Below, piece after piece: positions 38,385 through 48,227 of a DNA stretch of 64,000 nt. Below the pieces are notes generated by a model. That model searched no databases. It was not told where the DNA came from and worked only from the letters and a program-made list of their open reading frames with translations. Each line of letters starts with the position of its first letter. Position 1 is the first letter of the stretch. Source of the DNA: an uncultured Hyphomicrobiales bacterium (GTDB taxonomy: Bacteria > Bacteroidota > Ignavibacteria > Kapaibacteriales > UBA2268); assembly GCA_964465945.1 (NCBI GenBank), contig CAYXMM010000005.1:30703-94702 (forward strand), in the 5' to 3' direction. The translations under genes were made by a program, and so were the position numbers.

Positions 38385-38777
38385 TTAATCCGATTTTTGT
38401 TCTACATAATTTAAAACTTCCTCCCAAGAGTCGGTTACCAAGATTGAATTTCCGAATTTTGCTGCGAGTGAAATAAAATCTTTCTGGGCTTCACGGAGTT
38501 TTCCAGTTTTGGATTTAACCTCTACCATCAGGATTTTATTATTTTTAATTGCTATTAAATCTGGGAAGCCAGCTGTTGCTCCGTTATTCATAATCTGATA
38601 AAATCTAACAAGACGTTTGCCGATAGCACGGACTCCTGAGTTAATTCTAACAACAAGATATTTTTTTAATTTAAGAACTTCGATGATTTTACTTTGAATT
38701 TCACTTTCAGATTCATCAACAAAGATTCTTTTTTGCAAATTAGAATTTCGGTTCATTGTCTCCCTCAAATTCATCAT
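38385..38777 (-). CDS. VRR-NUC (PD-(D/E)xK) nuclease
   Basis: 130 aa; GFPDLIAI…MVEVKSKTGKL…Q matches the D…E.K restriction-endonuclease-like core of VRR-NUC. Confidence 0.55.
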   Translation of the reverse strand: MMNLRETMNRNSNLQKRIFVDESESEIQSKIIEVLKLKKYLVVRINSGVRAIGKRLVRFYQIMNNGATAGFPDLIAIKNNKILMVEVKSKTGKLREAQKDFISLAAKFGNSILVTDSWEEVLNYVEQKSD

Positions 38778-40251
38778 TATTATTTTTTGGTTCGGTATAG
38801 TTGTGATAGTTTACGTTTTTATGTTTTACTTTACTTGGATGTTCTAATGCAGCTGCGGTAGTAACAGCTTGATACTTTTGAAATTTAGCACAAGGAGCAT
38901 TATATTCAAGCCGAGTATTACCTGTTCTTCCGTCTCGATTTTTTGCAATAGTGATGCTTGCAACTCCGATAGTGCTTAATCCATCGGGAAATTCTAAAAT
39001 TCCATCTTTCTCTGGTCGTTCGATAAATATTATTATTTTAGCGTCTTGTTCTAAATCGCCTGTATTACGAATGTCGGACATCATGATCTGTTTATCATTT
39101 TTTGCTCTTGAGTCTTTATTTCGGTTAAGTTGATTGAGAGAAATAATACACACTTGAAGTTCTTTTGCAAGGTCTCTCAAAGTGTTAGAGAAGTAATTAT
39201 ATTTTTCAGTTTCAGAATTAAATTTCTTTGCGGTCCTTAAATTCTGGAAATAATCAATTACGACGTATCGAACTTTATCTTGATTGTGTCTAATTCTCAC
39301 TGACTGAACTAATTTACTAATATCTGAATATTCGTGGTCAATAAACATTTTACTTTTAGCGTGTAGGTCTAAAAAATCCTGAATTTTTATCTTATCTTGT
39401 GCGTTAAGAGTTCCTTTTTTGATTGATTCAATGGGAATTAAAGTCTTTTGTGAAGTAATTCTATTAAGCAGTTCATCTCTTGACATTTCGATTGTAACAA
39501 AAAGTAATGGAATTTTAAATGTATAGACCATATTAGAAGCGATAGTAATTCCTAAGGAAGTCTTCCCAATTCCTGGTCTTGCACCGATCACGACAAAATC
39601 GCCTGGCATAAATCCGTTTATGATAGAATCAATAGCTTCAAGTCCAGTAGGAGTATATTTTACTTCACCAGATTGAATTTTTTGAAGATATTGTTCGTAA
39701 GAAGTTTTATCATCAACTGGGTCATTAGAAGCTTTTAAATCGACAATATTTTTAACGACATCGGAGTGTTTATTAATCACATCGAGGATGTTTTCGGTGT
39801 CGTCATACGCCTTTGCCAATGCTTCGCCAGACGCTTTGATTAACTTTCTTTTATAATCTCTTTCGAGCAAAATTATAGCGTGCTGTTCTACGTTTGCAGA
39901 ACTAGGAGTTCGTCTATCAATTTCAAGAAGATATTTAGCACCTCCGACATCTTCCAGTTTGCCGAGCCGTTTAAGTTCTTCTACCAGAATAAGTATATCA
40001 ATTTTGACATGATTTTCAAACAAATTCACAAGAGCATTAAAAATTACTTTATGCTTTTCGTGATAAAATACAGAACTATCGCCGAGTAAATTAAGCACCT
40101 TAGGTATAACTTTTTCGCTCATAATCATACCACCAAGCACAGCAATTTCAGATTCTGTTGAATGTGGTTGGACCTGTGAACCGATATTAATCACGTTCTT
40201 AAAATCAGGTTGTCGTTGATTATACCAATTATTATTCTGACTATTTTTCAT
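38740..40251 (-). CDS. Replicative DNA helicase DnaB
   Basis: 503 aa; DnaB N-terminal domain (SEIAVLGGMIMS), Walker A GARPGIGKTS, RecA-like C-terminal domain. Confidence 0.85.
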   Translation of the reverse strand: MKNSQNNNWYNQRQPDFKNVINIGSQVQPHSTESEIAVLGGMIMSEKVIPKVLNLLGDSSVFYHEKHKVIFNALVNLFENHVKIDILILVEELKRLGKLEDVGGAKYLLEIDRRTPSSANVEQHAIILLERDYKRKLIKASGEALAKAYDDTENILDVINKHSDVVKNIVDLKASNDPVDDKTSYEQYLQKIQSGEVKYTPTGLEAIDSIINGFMPGDFVVIGARPGIGKTSLGITIASNMVYTFKIPLLFVTIEMSRDELLNRITSQKTLIPIESIKKGTLNAQDKIKIQDFLDLHAKSKMFIDHEYSDISKLVQSVRIRHNQDKVRYVVIDYFQNLRTAKKFNSETEKYNYFSNTLRDLAKELQVCIISLNQLNRNKDSRAKNDKQIMMSDIRNTGDLEQDAKIIIFIERPEKDGILEFPDGLSTIGVASITIAKNRDGRTGNTRLEYNAPCAKFQKYQAVTTAAALEHPSKVKHKNVNYHNYTEPKNNNDEFEGDNEPKF

Positions 40252-41336
40252 ATAACTCCTTCTTCAATCTCATCATAAAGTCGTCGAAGTTCCTTAGGCA
40301 AACCTTCTAAATACTTCTGCTGTTCAATCCGTTCGGTCTCAATACCAGGATATTCAAAAGGGTTTACGGTGTCTTGCTCGTCGTCGTCGGGGACTTCTGG
40401 GACTTCTTCCCATTTTCTATCACGAAGCCAGTTCTTGAACGATTTAACATAAATCATTTGGTCTTTGCCAGTTTTTAAAAAGTCGTATTCACGTTTCCTA
40501 TTCTGTGCTATAACAGCATAGTGCATTTCTGGTAAAAGTTCTTTCCAATTCTTGAAGTTATCTTTCAGAAAATTTAATTCAGTTTCAGGAGACCTACACT
40601 TTCCTTTTGGATAAATTCCGATGACATGTTTTTTAAAAAATAAGTCTGGATTTTTTTGACAATGCAAGTTAATTACAGTTAATTCTAGTTTATTATAGTT
40701 AATTGTTTTTTGAAAATCGGACTTATTTGCGTTTTTTACATACTCTTCCTCAATTAGTTCGTCTTGGGTCTGTTCTAAAACATACTTGTCTTCGTTTAGC
40801 CCGTCTTCGGTCTGTTCTTTTTCTGTTGACCCTAAATTTATATTAAAATCCTCTTTCTTTTCCAAATTTAAAACTTCTATTATTGTCCCTTTTTTGTCTA
40901 AAATATTTAAGATTTGATTTTTTCTTATAATACATTCAAACAAAACATTCTTTTTAACAAGTAAATAATCTTGAAAAACATCAACTTCTTTTTTATATTT
41001 TGCAGCAATAAAATAGTTCTTTTGGATTCTCTTTGAAGTTAAAATTCCATATTTGTCAAAAATATTTTTGTCGAAAATATTATTGTTAAGTGCAAAATCT
41101 AAAACGTCATTAAAAAATGATAAGTCTAAGTATAAATTACGTACAAACAGCTTCGTAATTCTATCATTCCAGTCAATATAATAGCCATTTGAACCATATA
41201 TTTTAGAATATAATTCAATAATAACTGCTTTACCTAAAAGACCATGTTCAGCTAACAAATACTCAATTTTCTCATCATTATTCATATCAATATCAATTGA
41301 AAAATATCCAATTGATGCTTTATCGCTTCTTGCCAT
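40248..41336 (-). CDS. Phage replication initiation/helicase-loader-like protein (DnaD/replisome-organiser-like, tentative)
   Basis: 362 aa immediately upstream of, and translationally coupled to, dnaB. Confidence 0.3.
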   Translation of the reverse strand: MARSDKASIGYFSIDIDMNNDEKIEYLLAEHGLLGKAVIIELYSKIYGSNGYYIDWNDRITKLFVRNLYLDLSFFNDVLDFALNNNIFDKNIFDKYGILTSKRIQKNYFIAAKYKKEVDVFQDYLLVKKNVLFECIIRKNQILNILDKKGTIIEVLNLEKKEDFNINLGSTEKEQTEDGLNEDKYVLEQTQDELIEEEYVKNANKSDFQKTINYNKLELTVINLHCQKNPDLFFKKHVIGIYPKGKCRSPETELNFLKDNFKNWKELLPEMHYAVIAQNRKREYDFLKTGKDQMIYVKSFKNWLRDRKWEEVPEVPDDDEQDTVNPFEYPGIETERIEQQKYLEGLPKELRRLYDEIEEGVI

Positions 41337-42170
41337 TTAATTACCCTCCTCATCAATCCATTTATTAATTTGATTAGTCCAGTTTTCTATCAAATCAATA
41401 AAATGGTAATAATTATTAGAATTATATAAGTTTGGGATTAATTCCTCTTCAATATCATCTATAATATTTTTTTCTGAATACCCATGAATTTTTAATGCTT
41501 TAACATAATAATCTAATTTGATTATAGAATCTATATCATTCCAGTCTTTAAATGTTTTGCGACCTATACCTCGTAATTTCACTAATTTCTGCTTAATTGG
41601 AGGCATTTTTTTTACATTTATAATTTTTCTTAAATTTGTGAGGAAGTCTTCTACTGTTTTTTGAGTAGGACAACCTTCGTTATCGAACCGAATATATCGA
41701 TCAAATGTAATATCAATACATTCAATTATTAATTTAACGTCAGTGTTTTTTAAGATTTCACTAATTATTTTTCTTCCGTTTTCATTGAACACCCAATGAT
41801 GATTCATCTTATGTTTATAATAATCACATATATTATCAATCATGTATTCATTGTTTGATTCAAGACTTTTTTTCCATTCAAACATCAATCGTATTTGTTC
41901 TCTTCTTTCACTATCATTTTCAATTTGTTTTCGTTCAATAGTGATGGTAGTATTATCACTTAATAATTTATCTTTTTTACCAAGATTGCAATCTCTACAC
42001 GAAGTAACGAGGTTAATCAAGCTATTATCTCCACCTTTACTTACAGGTGTAATATGATCTAAATGAAGTATTACATCTGGAGCTTTCTGCCCACAATATT
42101 GGCAAGTGAACTTATCTCTTTTAAAAACTTCAAATCTTGTTTTTACACTAATTATTTTTCTTTTTCCCAT
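41337..42170 (-). CDS. HNH endonuclease
   Basis: 277 aa; CQYCGQK…HLDHITPVSKGGDNSLINLVTSCRDCNLGK contains the Cys pairs and H…N…H of HNH. Confidence 0.65.
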   Translation of the reverse strand: MGKRKIISVKTRFEVFKRDKFTCQYCGQKAPDVILHLDHITPVSKGGDNSLINLVTSCRDCNLGKKDKLLSDNTTITIERKQIENDSERREQIRLMFEWKKSLESNNEYMIDNICDYYKHKMNHHWVFNENGRKIISEILKNTDVKLIIECIDITFDRYIRFDNEGCPTQKTVEDFLTNLRKIINVKKMPPIKQKLVKLRGIGRKTFKDWNDIDSIIKLDYYVKALKIHGYSEKNIIDDIEEELIPNLYNSNNYYHFIDLIENWTNQINKWIDEEGN

Positions 42171-42308
42171 TTTTTGTCTCCTTTATTTATAATAAGTTTA
42201 TTATTTTTTAAGTCTAATCCTTTCTTTACTGGTCTAGCCATTTTTAACCTTTAATTTACAGTCTCTATATAAAAAATACACTCTTAGCAAGGTTTTATAT
42301 TTGCTATT

Positions 42309-42839
42309 TTAGAAATTAACATCCATTAATCGCTTTACTTCATTTAAGTATAAATCAGAAGCAATAGATTGAGGCAAGGGCTTATGATTTTTACTATGCT
42401 TGATATTTTTAAATTCCCATTCTAACACATTATCGTCTGCCATAATCACTTCCTCTGGTAGTGGATAAATCCCACCAAACTTATACATTATCATTTTCAA
42501 TAATTTACTTTCATAACTTTTATACTCTGGTAATCTATTCTTTAATGGACGTGGTAAATCAAGCATATACGCTTCGCTTGCATCGTGAAGTAATCCAGTT
42601 AACTTTAATTCATCTGGCAATAAATCGGCTACCCTTAAACAATGCTCTGCCACTGAGTAAAAACTCTGCGTATGACCTGCAAATCTACACTGATTGCCTA
42701 ACGATATTGCAATGTCCAACAACTCAATTCTATTAATATCTGGATTAATTGGGTCTAAAAATTGATTAGTAAATGTTTCTAATTCATACATAAAATACTT
42801 CCTTTTAATTTGAAATTTATTAATTGCAACCTGCAACAA
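42309..42839 (-). CDS. HD-domain metal-dependent phosphohydrolase
   Basis: 176 aa; H…EHCLRV … LLHDASEAYMLD gives the H…HD…D metal ligands. Confidence 0.5.
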   Translation of the reverse strand: MLQVAINKFQIKRKYFMYELETFTNQFLDPINPDINRIELLDIAISLGNQCRFAGHTQSFYSVAEHCLRVADLLPDELKLTGLLHDASEAYMLDLPRPLKNRLPEYKSYESKLLKMIMYKFGGIYPLPEEVIMADDNVLEWEFKNIKHSKNHKPLPQSIASDLYLNEVKRLMDVNF

Positions 42840-44300
42840 TTAAAGTTGAGGTTCAAGTTCTTTTTTCTTTTCTAAATAATTTTTTACCAAGTGAAACGAA
42901 GCACCTGGTTTATGTCCGACTGATTCACAAAACACTTCTGCGACTTCTTTTAATTTCACTTCATATTCTTCTTGATTTAATCCCGTAACTTTCTCTGCCG
43001 ATTTATACCAAGCCCACTTAGGATTATATGATTTTGATTTAGCAAAATTGACTAAAACATTCACATCACGGCGAAGTTTTACTCTCTTCCTGGCTTTAAT
43101 TTCAAAGGGTTTTAATTCGACTAATTCAATATTCAACATGTCAATATTTAATGGCAACTGCTTCGGTTTATATTCTTTTTGAGTTTCTTTATCACGATAT
43201 ACAAATCTTTGTTCAGTTTCATTTTTTACTCCTTTGAGCGACCAATTCCGTTTATATTCAACAGGACTATGTTCAGTTACAAGTCCAGCGTGGTCTAAAA
43301 CTAAAGCATGCGATTTACCATTTGCTGGTCTTAAAGCTCTGCCAACCATCTGCATATATTTAATTAATGATTTACTTGGTCGGGCAAGTTGAACTGCTTC
43401 AATAGCAGGTAAGTCAAAACCCTCATCAAACACGCCTACATTATATAATACTTGAATTTCACCTTTTTGGAATAATTTAATTGCATTATCTCTTTGGTCA
43501 GAAGGTGTAGTTCCGTCGACATGAATTGCAGGGATACCAAATTGATTATAACAATCAACTATATCCTTTGAATGCTCAACATTTGCTGCGAAGCCGATAG
43601 TTTTTAGTCCATTTGCAACTTTAATGTAATTTTTAACAAGAGAAATAGGAGGCACTCTTGCTATATACTTTTCTTGTAAATCTTTTTTGTTATAATCGCC
43701 AGCAGAGATTTTAATATCAGATAAATCAACAGGGGCTACATAATATTTAGGAGGAGTTAAAAAGCCCTGTTCGATTAATTCGTTAATTGAAATCCCAATA
43801 ATTAACTCGTCATAAATATCATCTAATCCATTCCCAGATGAACGGCAAGGAGTAGCGGTTACTCCTAATACTTTCATGTTCGGATTTTTATCACGTAAAG
43901 ATTTTATGATTGTGCCGTAAGAATTACCTTTTTGAGTGTGATGAGCTTCATCAATAATAATTAAGTCGAACTTACCAACTTCATCTAATCTATTAATTAA
44001 GGTTTGAACGGAGGCAACTTGAACGTTTCTATCATAGTTTTTTTCAACCTTAGATTTAATTATTCCTGAGTTAATTCCGTAACCTTTATATAATTTATCT
44101 GCTGCTTGATTTATAAGTTCACCACGATGAGCAAGCACCAGAGTCCTACGGTCATTCTCAAAGCCGTCTTTAATAATCGAAGAGAATAAGATAGTCTTGC
44201 CCGCACCTGTAGGTAATTGCAAAAGGACATTATTAACTCCATTTCGATAGAGTTCATAAATACGCTTTTTAGATTCAATTTGATAAGGTCTTAAATTCAT
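42840..44300 (-). CDS. Superfamily-2 DNA helicase (DEAH box; ResIII/SNF2-like)
   Basis: 486 aa; Walker A LQLPTGAGKT, motif II IIIDEAHH, C-terminal helicase domain motifs. Confidence 0.75.
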   Translation of the reverse strand: MNLRPYQIESKKRIYELYRNGVNNVLLQLPTGAGKTILFSSIIKDGFENDRRTLVLAHRGELINQAADKLYKGYGINSGIIKSKVEKNYDRNVQVASVQTLINRLDEVGKFDLIIIDEAHHTQKGNSYGTIIKSLRDKNPNMKVLGVTATPCRSSGNGLDDIYDELIIGISINELIEQGFLTPPKYYVAPVDLSDIKISAGDYNKKDLQEKYIARVPPISLVKNYIKVANGLKTIGFAANVEHSKDIVDCYNQFGIPAIHVDGTTPSDQRDNAIKLFQKGEIQVLYNVGVFDEGFDLPAIEAVQLARPSKSLIKYMQMVGRALRPANGKSHALVLDHAGLVTEHSPVEYKRNWSLKGVKNETEQRFVYRDKETQKEYKPKQLPLNIDMLNIELVELKPFEIKARKRVKLRRDVNVLVNFAKSKSYNPKWAWYKSAEKVTGLNQEEYEVKLKEVAEVFCESVGHKPGASFHLVKNYLEKKKELEPQL

Positions 44301-44361
44301 TATTTATTAATTTGATGTTGTTTTAAATTCGCTTTTATATTTTACTTTTTCTTTGATGTTC

Positions 44362-44853
44362 TTATGATTCGAATAAAATGCTTCCAAAATAAAAAGATGA
44401 TGCCTTTATTAAATCATAATCATCTTGAATTTTTGTTGTTTCAAAACGTTCAACAATATCTTCAACTTCATTTTCTATCGGAATATCACTTAACATATAG
44501 GTTGCTATTGTTTTGTTTAAAATTCGTTGTTGTTCGCTCGGGATAAAATCATAAAAAAAATAATCATTATATTTGCTTGCAATTTCTAAGTTTATTAATT
44601 GAATTTTGTTATTAACAAATTCAATCAATACTTTAATTAAATTACCATTTTTAATTATAACAGTATCAAAATCACGTTCAAACATAATCACCGGCGGAAA
44701 TGGTGAGCCGATTAATAACGTTTCAACTATTTTAGATTTTTCAGCGTCTGTTAAATAAGTGCTATCTACTCCAAAAAATTTTAATTGATTTTGTCTTGCA
44801 ACATAAACTCCTAATGAATACATTTTAATTTTATGTTCGTATTTATAAATCAT
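44362..44853 (-). CDS. Hypothetical protein
   Basis: 163-aa ORF. Confidence 0.3.
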   Translation of the reverse strand: MIYKYEHKIKMYSLGVYVARQNQLKFFGVDSTYLTDAEKSKIVETLLIGSPFPPVIMFERDFDTVIIKNGNLIKVLIEFVNNKIQLINLEIASKYNDYFFYDFIPSEQQRILNKTIATYMLSDIPIENEVEDIVERFETTKIQDDYDLIKASSFYFGSILFES

Positions 44854-45457
44854 TTTTCACCTCTTTATCTGTCCGAAATTTTATTTGTTCTTTTTCTTCT
44901 TCCAAAAGTTTAATTATCTTTTCCGTTAAGATATAAAATGTATCACGAGCTTTCCCAAATTGAATAATATTACAACTGAGTTCACTATCAAGTTTAGTGA
45001 ATATTCCAGTTAGATTATTTATAGATGATTTTACTGCTTCTAATTCAATTAGATATGTTTCAAATTCCCTATTCCTGCTTATATCTTGTAAAGATATTTC
45101 AACTAATTCCTTTCCATTTTCTCTTTTAAATTCATATAGATACTCTGATACAATTTTATTAAACTCTTCTTCACTTATTTTAAAAGATACATAATTATCT
45201 CCCAAAAGTGAACTGATGAAATTATCACTCCAATTCGCGAAATGTATTTTATATGTTTTCATATTAATTTCAGGTTCAACACCTAAATCATATTGTCTTT
45301 TATTAACATCTACAATGATTACTTGATGTTCGTTGTCGATGACTTTCTTTACACCTATATATCTATAATATTCATTATTATTTGAAATGCACGAATAATA
45401 AAAATTATCTGTATTAACAAGAACATAAAATCCATTAATATCTCTGATTTTTTCCAT
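44843..45457 (-). CDS. Hypothetical protein
   Basis: 204-aa ORF. Confidence 0.3.
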   Translation of the reverse strand: MEKIRDINGFYVLVNTDNFYYSCISNNNEYYRYIGVKKVIDNEHQVIIVDVNKRQYDLGVEPEINMKTYKIHFANWSDNFISSLLGDNYVSFKISEEEFNKIVSEYLYEFKRENGKELVEISLQDISRNREFETYLIELEAVKSSINNLTGIFTKLDSELSCNIIQFGKARDTFYILTEKIIKLLEEEKEQIKFRTDKEVKNDL

Positions 45458-45610
45458 TTTTCACCTCTTTTTTTAAAACATTTGCAAACTGCATTTTTAT
45501 TATTTCAACTTTCATTCCCTAAGCCGTTTATTTATCCGACTTATGAATACCTTAATCTAAAAAGATTTCAACTTTATTAATTTAAGATTTAACATATTAA
45601 CTCCTTTAAT

Positions 45611-45964
45611 TTAATTGAACTCATTTAAAAACTCCTTTGCTTTATTCAATCTTTCCATAAAAGTCTCTTTGCTAATTTCTTTGATGTTCTTATGATTTGA
45701 ATAAAAATCTTCCAAGACCCAAAGGTGGCGCCTCACGCGATTGCTACGTTTTCCCATTTTTATAGAGTAAGAATTAGTATCATCTAAATCTATTTCAACT
45801 ATGTTAAAATCTTCATTCTCATCTGTCCAGATACCTAAGTATTTATTAGTCGGTGAGTTATACTCGGTTATCGTTGAATGAATAAAGCAATTCGATGTAT
45901 CAATTTTTTTAACAAATTCTTCTTTATTTGTAATTGTTTTTTTGAAAGTAATTTCTTCTATCAT
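45611..45964 (-). CDS. Hypothetical protein
   Basis: 117-aa ORF. Confidence 0.3.
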   Translation of the reverse strand: MIEEITFKKTITNKEEFVKKIDTSNCFIHSTITEYNSPTNKYLGIWTDENEDFNIVEIDLDDTNSYSIKMGKRSNRVRRHLWVLEDFYSNHKNIKEISKETFMERLNKAKEFLNEFN

Positions 45965-46302
45965 TTTAATTCCTTTAATTTAATACGTAATTCAGGTCTA
46001 TCTTTGATAAATGCACAATAATTATAAATCCATATATCTTTAATTAACTTACTCCATAGTTCAGGTCTATCTTTGATAAATGCACAATAATAGAAAATCC
46101 ATTTATTATTATTTCCTATATATTTTAATAACTCTTTCGTATCAATGTATTTAATTAAATCTTTGGAATTTAACCATCCCAAATTATCTAACAATACTTC
46201 TGAAAATTCTTTGTCTGTTTTAGAATTTACAAGCTTTGTAAATTCACTTATACATGGGTTATTTTCTTTGCATTTTTGGATTATTAATTCTTTATTTAAC
46301 AT
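45961..46302 (-). CDS. Hypothetical protein with an internal duplication (YCAFIKDRPEL twice)
   Basis: 113 aa; the 31-bp direct repeat at 45993-46023 and 46061-46091 encodes the duplicated peptide. Confidence 0.3.
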   Translation of the reverse strand: MLNKELIIQKCKENNPCISEFTKLVNSKTDKEFSEVLLDNLGWLNSKDLIKYIDTKELLKYIGNNNKWIFYYCAFIKDRPELWSKLIKDIWIYNYCAFIKDRPELRIKLKELK

Positions 46303-46510
46303 TTTTTTCTCTCCACTTATCCAAGTCTTTTTGCCACGTTCTCAACTCGGACTTTAATGGCTCTATATCTGTTTCTAATTGTAAATTTTCCTTAAAAAAA
46401 TCCAAAGTTTTAATAATCTTGGGTAATAACTCCGTTTCGGTTAATACAAACTGCGAGTTAACATCTAGATTGTCAATTTCTCTTTGATAATCAATTTTTT
46501 CAACTTTCAT
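46292..46510 (-). CDS. Small hypothetical protein
   Basis: 72-aa ORF, overlapping starts/stops with neighbours. Confidence 0.25.
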   Translation of the reverse strand: MKVEKIDYQREIDNLDVNSQFVLTETELLPKIIKTLDFFKENLQLETDIEPLKSELRTWQKDLDKWREKNVK

Positions 46511-46947
46511 TTTAACTCCTTTAATTTTTTTGTCATTTCACGTAATTTTTTGTCATATTTAACATTATACCTTTCAGGTGTAGTGTTTATAGTAGTCCGA
46601 TTACGATTGAATAACCTTGCTATATCTTGCTGTTTATGAATACTACTTGTTAGTAAGTCATTTATAATTACTGCTCGTAAATAACATAATTCTAACTTTC
46701 TACTTTTTCCGATTACATCGGACATTTTATAATTGTAAAATTCAACGAATTTTTCGTATTGAGTTAAAAGGTGCGGTTTAACTATACCTTCATTTAAAAG
46801 GTTCAACCTCTCTTTTATAGCAGCTTCAGCGCGTTCCACCTTTAACTTTAAAATGGTAATATCTGCTTCTTTCTTTGCAATTTCAGATTTAAAATCTTTC
46901 ACTTTCTTTTTTAGCTTATTTAAAATCAAATCGTTATATTCTTTCAT
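46507..46947 (-). CDS. Coiled-coil plus DnaA-C-terminal-domain-like helix-turn-helix protein
   Basis: 146 aa; KSRKLELCYLRAVIINDLLTSSIHKQQDIARLFNRNRTTINTTPERY mirrors the DnaA domain IV pattern (R..a.yL.r.lt..S…iG..f.r.HtTV). Confidence 0.4.
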   Translation of the reverse strand: MKEYNDLILNKLKKKVKDFKSEIAKKEADITILKLKVERAEAAIKERLNLLNEGIVKPHLLTQYEKFVEFYNYKMSDVIGKSRKLELCYLRAVIINDLLTSSIHKQQDIARLFNRNRTTINTTPERYNVKYDKKLREMTKKLKELK

Positions 46948-47639
46948 AAGTATGCCTTTATATATTGATTGATTGGTGTAAGTCGCTCGTCTTTTAAATC
47001 CAAAAGAAACTCAATAGCATCCTCACCTTTAATTAATTTATCAGATTTTTCTTTATTTTTTTGCACGTATTTTTTTTGAATTTCTCTTATTTTTTCTCTA
47101 TTTTTTTCGCGATATTCTTTTTGATATTTTTGATATTTTTCTTTATTTTTTTGCACGTATTTTTTTTGAATTTCTTTGTATTTTTCTTTGTTTTTTTCAA
47201 TAGATTTTTTTTGACTTTCTCTGTATTTTTCTTTGTTTTTCCAATAATAAACTCGCCTTGCTCTTTTTCTTCTTTCTTTGACATCATTGAGTTCTTCATT
47301 TGCTAATTTCTCATTATTTTCAAATAAATCAAAAATTGCTTTTTCAGAAAAGCCCTTTGAAAGCATAGTATCTACTAATTCTTTTTTAAGTGCCTCCATC
47401 AAATTAAATATATGCTCCCAATTTTCAATTTCATTTGAAATTTCAAATTCTTTTAAAAAATAAACTTCAAAAAAGTCATTTCTAATACAAATTGCATCTT
47501 TTCTTATCCGATTGTCAAACATAAACCATTCTAAGTTACATATCTGCTCGGACATCTTCAAGTAATCCTTTCCGTAATATTCATTTTTGTATGCTAAACT
47601 TTGAATTTTAGCGCTCAATTCCATTTCTTTTTTATACAT
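46944..47639 (-). CDS. Lys/Glu-rich protein with tandem KNKEKY(K/Q)EIQKKYVQKNKEK repeats
   Basis: 231 aa; nucleotide tandem repeats at about 47047-47100 and 47137-47190. Confidence 0.3.
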   Translation of the reverse strand: MYKKEMELSAKIQSLAYKNEYYGKDYLKMSEQICNLEWFMFDNRIRKDAICIRNDFFEVYFLKEFEISNEIENWEHIFNLMEALKKELVDTMLSKGFSEKAIFDLFENNEKLANEELNDVKERRKRARRVYYWKNKEKYRESQKKSIEKNKEKYKEIQKKYVQKNKEKYQKYQKEYREKNREKIREIQKKYVQKNKEKSDKLIKGEDAIEFLLDLKDERLTPINQYIKAYL

Positions 47640-47686
47640 TTTTAACTCCTTTTTTTTAACTATAAAGGATTACTTTATAGTGAAAT

Positions 47687-47887
47687 TTAATTCCAGATTT
47701 TTAATTGAATTTCAAAATCTGCAACTGCTTTTTCTGCATACATTCTTTTCAAAGCGGCTTCCAACATATTCAACCTATTTAAGCAATTAATATAGTTTTG
47801 ACTTGGATATCTGTATAACCTTAATTCTTTGATTATCTTTCGCCTACCCTCTTCATAAACTAATATTTTATTGCTTAAATTTGTCAT
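47687..47887 (-). CDS. Small hypothetical protein
   Basis: 66-aa ORF. Confidence 0.2.
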   Translation of the reverse strand: MTNLSNKILVYEEGRRKIIKELRLYRYPSQNYINCLNRLNMLEAALKRMYAEKAVADFEIQLKIWN

Positions 47888-48007
47888 AATGGATTATATT
47901 CACCGCAATTAATACAGCATTTAACTCTTAGATTTCTGCTAATCTTTTTATATCTATGTAACCCAATAGAACAAAGGAATTTTTTAATTGTTCGTCTCAT
48001 AATAGCC

Positions 48008-48220
48008 CTACAACTTAACTCCTTTTTTACTCAAAGAATTTATAATCTCCGTCGCAATTTCGACATTGCTTAAACCTCGTCCATTGAAGTAAAGTAGGCT
48101 ATTTTTAACTCTTCTTAAAATCACAATCATTTCGTAATTATCAAATTCTACTGCTTCTTTTTCTAAATAATCCAACATTGCCAATGGTAATACTAAGTCG
48201 TTATTTGTTTCATATTTCAT
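48008..48220 (-). CDS. Small hypothetical protein
   Basis: 70-aa ORF. Confidence 0.2.
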   Translation of the reverse strand: MKYETNNDLVLPLAMLDYLEKEAVEFDNYEMIVILRRVKNSLLYFNGRGLSNVEIATEIINSLSKKGVKL

Positions 48221-48227
48221 AATAGCC

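Noticed and set aside
45993-46091. 31-bp direct repeat considered as a mobile-element or att boundary
   Set aside because: Both copies are in frame inside one ORF and encode a duplicated peptide (YCAFIKDRPEL); internal gene duplication.
47061-47306. 81-aa Phe-rich plus-strand ORF and 70-aa K-rich minus ORF 47087-47299
   Set aside because: Both are frame or strand shadows of the Lys-rich repeat gene 46944-47639 (poly-AAA/TTT codons).
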